This document shows, piece by piece, positions 57,386 to 64,000 of a stretch of 64,000 nucleotides of DNA. The first letter of the stretch is position 1. The number at the start of each line of letters is the position of its first letter. Source of the DNA: a virus. The translations under genes were made by a program, and so were the position numbers. The DNA is taken from IMG/VR virus record IMGVR_UViG_3300021168_000013, one strand, 5' to 3'. Below the pieces are notes generated by a model. It did not search any database and was not told the DNA's origin. It saw only the letters and a program-made list of their open reading frames with translations.

Positions 57386-57593
57386 GGTAGCACTCCATAA
57401 ACAAATTTTTGAATTATCTTATTACACTAATGGTGGATTTAACCAAGATATTGTGTATAGTTTACCTGTTCCACTTAGAAATTTCTATTATAACTGTTTA
57501 ATCGCAGCAAAGAAGCAAGAATCTGATGCATCTAAAGGTAATAACGCACAATCAGAAAAAAACTTAGTCGCTCATCCTCCAAAAGTCAAATAA
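57359..57593 (+). other. Probable +1 frameshift site (T7 at 57359-65) and 76-codon extension (gp51/gpT-like)
   Basis: The +1 frame is open 57351-57593 with no ATG/TTG and first GTG only at 57453. It reads FGLVPEYKVALHKQIFELSYYTNGGFNQDIVYSLPVPLRNFYY... Confidence 0.7.
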
Positions 57594-57598
57594 TTGTA

Positions 57599-57606
57599 TA
57601 TTTATA
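57599..57606 (+). promoter_or_regulatory. Candidate late promoter TATTTATA
   Basis: 27 nt before the tape measure ATG. Confidence 0.55.
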
Positions 57607-57625
57607 TATAAGAATATAAATTATT

Positions 57626-60112
57626 ATGGCTGTACCAACCACTGATGTAAAACAATTGGCTGAAAGTCTTAAGCTCGCTCAAGAATTGAATGAGGCTAAG
57701 ACTAAAGAAGTGTCAGAGTTAAATGAACAATTTAACATAGAGAAGCGCATCAATAATCTATTGGATATCAGGCTTGATAAAAATCAAAAACTTGAGTCGG
57801 AAATCAATAAAGCTCAGAAATTAGCTGCTGCATACCAAGACCAGTTAGCCAAATCAATAGTAAATAAAACAACACTTTCTCAAGTTATTAATCAAAAACA
57901 GCAATTACTCAATGTAATGCAGAAAGAAGGGATAGCAAATCAACAAGCTGGTATTGATCTAACTGAGAAGTTGATTAAATTAAGGAAGGAGTTGGGCAAA
58001 CAGGAAGGTAATATATCCGATATCACCGATTCAGCCAAGAAAGAATTGGTAATTGCTAAACAGAAGACTGAAGAACTACATAAACAAGGAAAGTTAACGA
58101 GATTGTATGAGACTGCTTTAGATGCATTACCCGGTTCTACTGGTAAACTACTAAAGTTAATGGTAGAAGAAGATGGAATATTATTATCATGGATCGCCAT
58201 AGTGGAACAGGCATTTCATTATTTCAATAAATTAGAAGAATCCGCTTTTTCCATGAGGAAGTCTCTTGGATTAATGAGAGAAGATGGTGATAAGGTAAAC
58301 GTTGCAGCAAATACGTTAAGAAACAATATATTATCAATTGTATCGGAAACTAGAAATTTGGGAGTAAACTTTGAGGATGTGCAGAAAACTATAACTGCCA
58401 TAAGTAATAAATTTAATTCGTTGGTAGCAATGGATAATAATTTGGTAAAAGTAACTACGTTGTTATCAACTCAATTAGGTATAGCTGGTGATGAAACCAC
58501 TGGATTTTTAAATGTAATGGCGGGAATTTCCAGAACTACAGCCGCTTCTAACATAAACATGATTGGATTCACTAAGACTTTGGCAAATGCTGCCGGAATT
58601 CCACTTGGGAAGGTTATGCATGATATAGCAAATGCCAGTGATAGTGTAAGACTTTATACGGATGGAACAGCAGCCTCTTTAGCTAAGGCTTCAGTATTTG
58701 CTTATGAAATGGGAACTTCTCTTGATAAGATAGCTGAAACATCCCACCAGTTATTAGATTTCCAAACCAGTATAGAAAATGAAATGGAAGCAAGTGTCCT
58801 TATTGGAAAGAATATAAATTTCCAAAGAGCGAGAGAGTTGGCTTTTCATAAAGATATCATCGGAGCAACTCAAGAAATATTGAGGATCACCAAGGAAACG
58901 GATTTCAATCGAATGAATCCTTTCCAGATGGAAGCGTTTGCTAAGGCTACTGGAAAATCTGTGGCTGAATTACAAGACATGTTGGTCGCCGATAAAAATA
59001 TCCAGTGGATTCGACAACATGGTACACAAGAACAACGTGAACAGTTATCCAATCTTCAGAAAATGAAGAGAATGAGGCAGGATGAAGCTAATGATATAGG
59101 AAAGAGAGCAATCCTTGATTTACAAACACAGGCAAATCAAGAAAGAATGGCAATATTACAAAACAAGTTCAATCAATTGATATTACAATTGGTAGACCCT
59201 TTAGTAGAAATACTTGATCCCTTATTATCCATTGCAACATATGTTTTACCTTTGATATTAAAAGATATATTACCGTTAATTGGAGTGTTTAAATTTATCT
59301 CTAGATTCGGAGTTGATATTATAAAGATAATTTCCTCTGTTGGTAAAATGGGAGCAAGCATTGGGTCAGCAATTTCTAAACTATCTGGAATATTTAAAAT
59401 TGGAAGAGTTGGATTGAAAGCCATTCCTGTACTGGGAGAAATGATAATTGCTCTTGAGGTTATTGGTTCATTATTTGGTACTGTGAAATCAGCAATAAAA
59501 GACTTTCAAACCGGACATTTTGGGTCTGGTATAGCAAAATTAATTTTCGGAGTTCCAAAGGCTATAATAGACGTAACACTTGGATCAATATATGATATAT
59601 TCCAAACTGTACTAGGTTGGTTTGGAGTTCAATTACCAAGAGGGATATGGAATGGTATAAAATCATTAGGTGATGTAATAGCTTCCGCAATAGGCGAACC
59701 ATTTAAAAAAGCTTGGAATTGGATTGAGGATTTGTTCGTAGGACATTCACCATCCAAACTAGCATTAGGTATTCTAAGAGGAATGGTATCGATAGGTGGA
59801 CTTTTATTGGATGCTATAACTTCTCCTTTTATCCATTCATTTAATTTTATTAGCGATTTGTTTGGAGGTACTAAAATACCTAAACCAAGTACATTAATTA
59901 GTGATATAGTTAATGGTAACACACCAACAACAACGGCCACAACCAAATCTACTAAAGCTGATGCAACGAATAATCAAATAGTACAGAAACTTGAAGAATT
60001 GATTGGATTGATGAAGGCTGGCGGAATTGCTGTTAATATTGATGGAAATAGGGCTAGTTATCTATTAGCTGAGAATACCAGAAAACGTGGGGGATTAGGA
60101 GCAACTACTTAA
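57626..60112 (+). CDS. Tape measure protein
   Basis: Helical coiled-coil N-half, hydrophobic Gly/Ile/Phe-rich periodic C-half, terminal GGIAVNIDG. About 120 nm tail if roughly 0.15 nm per residue. Confidence 0.85.
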   Translation: MAVPTTDVKQLAESLKLAQELNEAKTKEVSELNEQFNIEKRINNLLDIRLDKNQKLESEINKAQKLAAAYQDQLAKSIVNKTTLSQVINQKQQLLNVMQKEGIANQQAGIDLTEKLIKLRKELGKQEGNISDITDSAKKELVIAKQKTEELHKQGKLTRLYETALDALPGSTGKLLKLMVEEDGILLSWIAIVEQAFHYFNKLEESAFSMRKSLGLMREDGDKVNVAANTLRNNILSIVSETRNLGVNFEDVQKTITAISNKFNSLVAMDNNLVKVTTLLSTQLGIAGDETTGFLNVMAGISRTTAASNINMIGFTKTLANAAGIPLGKVMHDIANASDSVRLYTDGTAASLAKASVFAYEMGTSLDKIAETSHQLLDFQTSIENEMEASVLIGKNINFQRARELAFHKDIIGATQEILRITKETDFNRMNPFQMEAFAKATGKSVAELQDMLVADKNIQWIRQHGTQEQREQLSNLQKMKRMRQDEANDIGKRAILDLQTQANQERMAILQNKFNQLILQLVDPLVEILDPLLSIATYVLPLILKDILPLIGVFKFISRFGVDIIKIISSVGKMGASIGSAISKLSGIFKIGRVGLKAIPVLGEMIIALEVIGSLFGTVKSAIKDFQTGHFGSGIAKLIFGVPKAIIDVTLGSIYDIFQTVLGWFGVQLPRGIWNGIKSLGDVIASAIGEPFKKAWNWIEDLFVGHSPSKLALGILRGMVSIGGLLLDAITSPFIHSFNFISDLFGGTKIPKPSTLISDIVNGNTPTTTATTKSTKADATNNQIVQKLEELIGLMKAGGIAVNIDGNRASYLLAENTRKRGGLGATT

Positions 60113-60116
60113 CATT

Positions 60117-62246
60117 ATGGGAAATAGTAATAACATAGGAGGTCTTTTAAGAACATCAAACAGTCAGATATTGGCTGCTGGATTAAATATACCACCCAAT
60201 TTCAACAATTCACCTCAACCGGGTAAATTGGTTGTGTTATACAATAATAGCAATAACGCTAAGGTCATATATAATACAAATGCCTATAAGACATTACCAT
60301 ATAATCAACAGTTATTAGACCCATTGGCTATCGGCAGTCATGTCAACATAGTTCAGGATGGTATTCAAGATGTATCATTAATTAGTAAATGGTCTGTATC
60401 CAATGCTGGAATAAAATTTGCCATCAAACAAGCTGTACTCCAAGGATTGAATGTCTTTAATGAAACCAAAATTTATAATCCTGTTATGCCAATAGTGGGG
60501 GCATCAGCCGATGCAAGTTTTGGATTAATTGATCCACCTATACGATTCATTGAACCTGATTTGGGAGGAGTTCTTGGAGCAATTGGACTATCAAGTGTAT
60601 CGAGTTTATTTGGAGGAAACATTCCAGTTGCTCCCGCTGGAACCGTTGGTAGTAATGCTTTACCACAAATTGCTACGGATGGTGCGAAAGGATTAAGTCG
60701 TGGTCAGAGTGCCACAACCGCATTTAAAACATTTACAAATAAGTGGCCAGCAAATAGTACCTTTGGTGGTAGTTTTTTAAGTAATGCAATAACCGCTGGA
60801 GTCAATTTCTTAAAGGCTAATACTCCATTGGGAACATTCCTTCCAGTTGGTCAACCAGCAGGAACACGTTATAAAGCCGCCGATACTAAAATTTATGGAT
60901 TAATGCTTAATAACACCAGTAATGGATTGTTTAGCATGGCGGCATTGGATTTTAGTGATGGGGATTCATCTTATAATAATGGAGGAGTGTATGTCCAAAA
61001 ATACAGTGCTGGGTCGGGCATTGGAGGAAACGCATCAACCACTTATTCAGATGCAATAATCCATGATGAATTTAATAATACGGACACAAGTGCTTTAACC
61101 GCAGAGTTGGGAGCATTCACAACAAGTAGTGACGGTAGTTATCCAAGTAATTTTAATAATCCAAATAATCAGAACATAACTAGTAAGATAGCCCAACTTA
61201 CAAGTTTATTAAATGTTGCTCAAAAGAATGGATACACAACTACACCTGCTGATTATATAGCAACTGACTATCAAGAGTTAGTGGGGATAAAATCTCAACA
61301 AGATGGTGATGGAAATGTTTCCCCACAGAATTACAACAACTCTACTAGTGTAGTATCCTATGCCAAGTCATTGAAAAATAATAAAAATCTATTGACTAAT
61401 AAGGGGATAGACACCAACGTTGCTGATCTAATAAATTTAAAAGGCATTATCAGTGGAAGTTCTGATTTCTTTGGGGGAAAGAGTTTGGCTCCATCAACTG
61501 GATATCCTAATATATACAGTCCATATGCCGATGATATAATCGCATTCTATTTCCACGATTTAGTAAATAATAAGTATATTCCATTTAGAGCAACAGTAAA
61601 AGGCATACAAGAAAGTGCTCAGGCTGAATGGACTGATGTAAAATATATTAATAGAGCCGATAAACTTTATACATATGGTGGATTCACAAGAACCCTTAAT
61701 TTCTCATTCACCGTAAATATTTCATCTATAAAAGAATTGTTACCAACGTGGAGGCGTGTTAATTACTTCATGGGATTGGTAAAGCCAGCCAATTACACGG
61801 ATGGATCAATATTCTCAAGATTTATAATACCACCATTAATAAAATTCACCATCGGTGATATGTATAAAAATCAACCAGCCGTTATAACCCAAATAGGTAT
61901 GAGCATACCAGATGATGCAACATGGGAAACATTGTCTGAAACATATGCATTAGTAAGTAAAGAAGACTGGTCATATTTAAACGGAAGAATATCATTTTTA
62001 AAATCTAATAATCAATACGCACAATTTCCAAACCAGTGTGAAATAAGTGTTAATTTGAACTTGTTGGAAAAAGAATTACCAAAGACTGGTGGATCAAACT
62101 ACGGAGATTATTACTTTGATAAGAACTTTAACGCTATTGGGAGTTCTGGTCAGAATTCATTCTCGTCAAATATGTACACATCACAAGTTAGTCAAAATAT
62201 AACAGCGAGTAACACGACAATTTCATCAGTCGGTAACGTTAATTAA
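60117..62246 (+). CDS. Baseplate tube-initiator-like protein (gp48/gp54-type C-terminal domain)
   Basis: YIPFRATV.GI.ES..AEW..VKY..RA..LYTY.GFTR.LNFSF...PP..KFTIGDMY; follows the tape measure. Confidence 0.7.
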   Translation: MGNSNNIGGLLRTSNSQILAAGLNIPPNFNNSPQPGKLVVLYNNSNNAKVIYNTNAYKTLPYNQQLLDPLAIGSHVNIVQDGIQDVSLISKWSVSNAGIKFAIKQAVLQGLNVFNETKIYNPVMPIVGASADASFGLIDPPIRFIEPDLGGVLGAIGLSSVSSLFGGNIPVAPAGTVGSNALPQIATDGAKGLSRGQSATTAFKTFTNKWPANSTFGGSFLSNAITAGVNFLKANTPLGTFLPVGQPAGTRYKAADTKIYGLMLNNTSNGLFSMAALDFSDGDSSYNNGGVYVQKYSAGSGIGGNASTTYSDAIIHDEFNNTDTSALTAELGAFTTSSDGSYPSNFNNPNNQNITSKIAQLTSLLNVAQKNGYTTTPADYIATDYQELVGIKSQQDGDGNVSPQNYNNSTSVVSYAKSLKNNKNLLTNKGIDTNVADLINLKGIISGSSDFFGGKSLAPSTGYPNIYSPYADDIIAFYFHDLVNNKYIPFRATVKGIQESAQAEWTDVKYINRADKLYTYGGFTRTLNFSFTVNISSIKELLPTWRRVNYFMGLVKPANYTDGSIFSRFIIPPLIKFTIGDMYKNQPAVITQIGMSIPDDATWETLSETYALVSKEDWSYLNGRISFLKSNNQYAQFPNQCEISVNLNLLEKELPKTGGSNYGDYYFDKNFNAIGSSGQNSFSSNMYTSQVSQNITASNTTISSVGNVN

Positions 62247-62251
62247 AAGTT

Positions 62252-62548
62252 ATGAATCGATATAATTATACAGGAACAGAAGCTAGATGGGATGGAAAAC
62301 AGGTATATACCACGTTGACTATGCCGAGTATACCATATTTACCCAACGACATATATATAATAAGTCAGGATAATATGTATTTGGATCAATTGGCGTATAT
62401 ATACTATTCCGATCCAACACTTTGGTGGATTATTGCTCAAGCGAATAGTTTAGGTAAAGGACGACTTAGTGTACCAGCAGGTATCCAATTAAGAATACCA
62501 GCAAATCCAACAAATGTTATCAACAATTTAAAAACGGTAAATAGTTAA
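62252..62548 (+). CDS. LysM/gpX-like baseplate wedge protein
   Basis: LDQLAYIYYSDPTLWWIIAQAN...G.QLRIP. Confidence 0.85.
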   Translation: MNRYNYTGTEARWDGKQVYTTLTMPSIPYLPNDIYIISQDNMYLDQLAYIYYSDPTLWWIIAQANSLGKGRLSVPAGIQLRIPANPTNVINNLKTVNS

Positions 62549-62553
62549 TAGTT

Positions 62554-64000
62554 ATGTCGACAGATATTGCTCCATTAGACAATAGACCATGGATTCCTAG
62601 ACCATTCCCAAGTTGGCTTATAACTGAATTGGCCAGAAGGAAAAATGATCTTGGTATAGATTATGAATCCAATAAGAACTCTAGTTGGGATTCTAAAGGC
62701 AATTGGAATAAATACAAAGGTCCTATGACTCCATGGGCAAGAGTGTGTTCTAATGGAAACGGTATTAATACATTTTTACCTTCTTATAGAACTGGCAACA
62801 CTGAAAAGAATTTTCCAAAAAAAGGATTTGTTTTCACCACTGGGATGGGATTCATGGATTCTTATGGATTAAATCAAAACCAAACGGTGATGGGATATGA
62901 AGTTGATGGTACTCCTCACATAATACCAATGGATAAAGTTGGTATGTTCAATTATACCATAAATAACTCAAATAGTGGAAACAATGGTAGACCAACTCAG
63001 TTGTACCTTCCACCGCCCGGGATAGAGAGTATTGAAGCTATTATTCAGAAACAGTTTTTAAGGGAATTGACCATTAAATGGTCGTGTCATGGATTTGCTC
63101 AATTAGAGTATATGACTCCTTATTTTCTTACACCGAAAATAAGTGTCATAGTTGAGTATGGGTGGAATCACTTTAATCAGGACAGTCTATTGGATTTGAC
63201 AAATTCTCCTCATAGATATGAAGTATTACAAAGTGGTAGTTCCAATTTGATGGATTTTGAATATATCTCGGATAATGGTGTATCAACAACTGCATTGACA
63301 TTAAAGGAATTGTGGAATGATGGTCAACCATTGTATGACTGCAATATGAGAATATCAAGAGGAATGTATGATGTTGCATTTGGTATAATTAAGAATTTTG
63401 AATTCTCTACGTCAGATGGAATAAAGTACGAATGCACCACCACCATAGCTTCAAAAAATACAACATGGGGAGGAATAAATCTACATGATCCCGATGTTAA
63501 AAATAAAAATATAGGAAGTTCGGATGAAGTTAAATCACAGGCAATGTCGTTTTCTGATTTTCTAGAAAAACGTTTAAAGAAAATCAAGAATTGTATAGAT
63601 AAGGGGTTGAATTTCATGAGTCCCCTTGATGATACTGAAAAGAATTTGAATATTTTTAAAGATACATCAGTATCAAATTATTTCTATGGAGGAGCCGCAG
63701 AGAACAGAGTGTTTATTGGTAGAAATGAAGTGAGTCACACATATGGAGGAACTCCGGCAGATAATGACTGGGATAAATCAAATACGGACTCGATGTGGGT
63801 AAAAATGGATTTCTTGATTGAAGTATTCAATTTTTTTACAACAAAGCCTAGTAGTTTAAATGATTTTGATAACACAACTTTTCAATTTTATAAACTGACT
63901 ACAGGAGCTAAAACTATCATTGGGGCACATCCAAATTTAATATCCACGGATGGTACTACCATGTTAATACCAAATGCTCAATCACCAAAATATAATAATG
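62554..64000 (+). CDS. Baseplate hub-like protein (3' truncated; absent from the ORF track)
   Basis: Hand translation from ATG 62554 is open to the window end (MSTDIAPLDNRPW...PPPGIESI...RELTIKWSC...VEYGWN...FGIIKNFEF). Function from gene order. Confidence 0.7.
   Translation, partial: MSTDIAPLDNRPWIPRPFPSWLITELARRKNDLGIDYESNKNSSWDSKGNWNKYKGPMTPWARVCSNGNGINTFLPSYRTGNTEKNFPKKGFVFTTGMGFMDSYGLNQNQTVMGYEVDGTPHIIPMDKVGMFNYTINNSNSGNNGRPTQLYLPPPGIESIEAIIQKQFLRELTIKWSCHGFAQLEYMTPYFLTPKISVIVEYGWNHFNQDSLLDLTNSPHRYEVLQSGSSNLMDFEYISDNGVSTTALTLKELWNDGQPLYDCNMRISRGMYDVAFGIIKNFEFSTSDGIKYECTTTIASKNTTWGGINLHDPDVKNKNIGSSDEVKSQAMSFSDFLEKRLKKIKNCIDKGLNFMSPLDDTEKNLNIFKDTSVSNYFYGGAAENRVFIGRNEVSHTYGGTPADNDWDKSNTDSMWVKMDFLIEVFNFFTTKPSSLNDFDNTTFQFYKLTTGAKTIIGAHPNLISTDGTTMLIPNAQSPKYNN

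Noticed and set aside
924-63617. Many 60-170 aa ORFs nested in or antisense to long genes (e.g. 24950..25402, 32196..32588, 44506..44943, 49924..50442, 56995..57393)
   Set aside because: Shadow frames of well-supported genes; no motifs, promoters or RBS.
1-64000. Stop-codon reassignment as in Lak or crAss-like phages
   Set aside because: Conserved genes are full length in code 11; TGA ends genes (26616, 53562) and there is no fragmentation at TAG.
1-64000. tRNA, rRNA or integrase/transposase genes
   Set aside because: Intergenic gaps are short and AT-rich; no cloverleaf, T-loop motif or recombinase motif was recognised by eye (tRNAscan not run).

Overview
An AT-rich (roughly 30% GC by eye) 64-kb segment of a large contractile-tailed, T4-related (jumbo-type) myophage, read in the standard genetic code. 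It carries most of the virion morphogenesis region: baseplate and adhesion proteins, tail sheath, terminase, portal, prohead protease, scaffold, major capsid, neck, tail terminator, fibres and spikes, tail tube, tail-assembly chaperone, tape measure and baseplate hub. Embedded among these are a small sigma70-driven replication island (GIY-YIG nuclease, primase, fused Mre11/Rad50) and three further free-standing endonucleases. The strongest signals are five. (1) A probable +1 programmed frameshift on a T7 run extends the tail chaperone directly upstream of the tape measure gene. (2) A 1028-aa ligase-like + two-nucleotidyltransferase protein has prohead-protease-type (I/L)-x-E sites at each domain boundary, and other late-expressed nucleotide enzymes carry similar tags, suggesting a virion-packaged enzyme kit. 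(3) A strand-oriented late-promoter candidate, TATTTAT(A), is the reverse complement of the T4 motif and sits 11-13 nt before ATG in ten genes, implying leaderless mRNAs. (4) One hairpin acts as terminator, promoter carrier and RBS occluder ahead of a holin / beta-barrel / lipoprotein cassette, which is followed by a patatin. (5) Tail and adhesion proteins are built from apparently dead enzyme folds plus a GH43 glycosidase. All calls come from motif reading by eye; no database searches were run.
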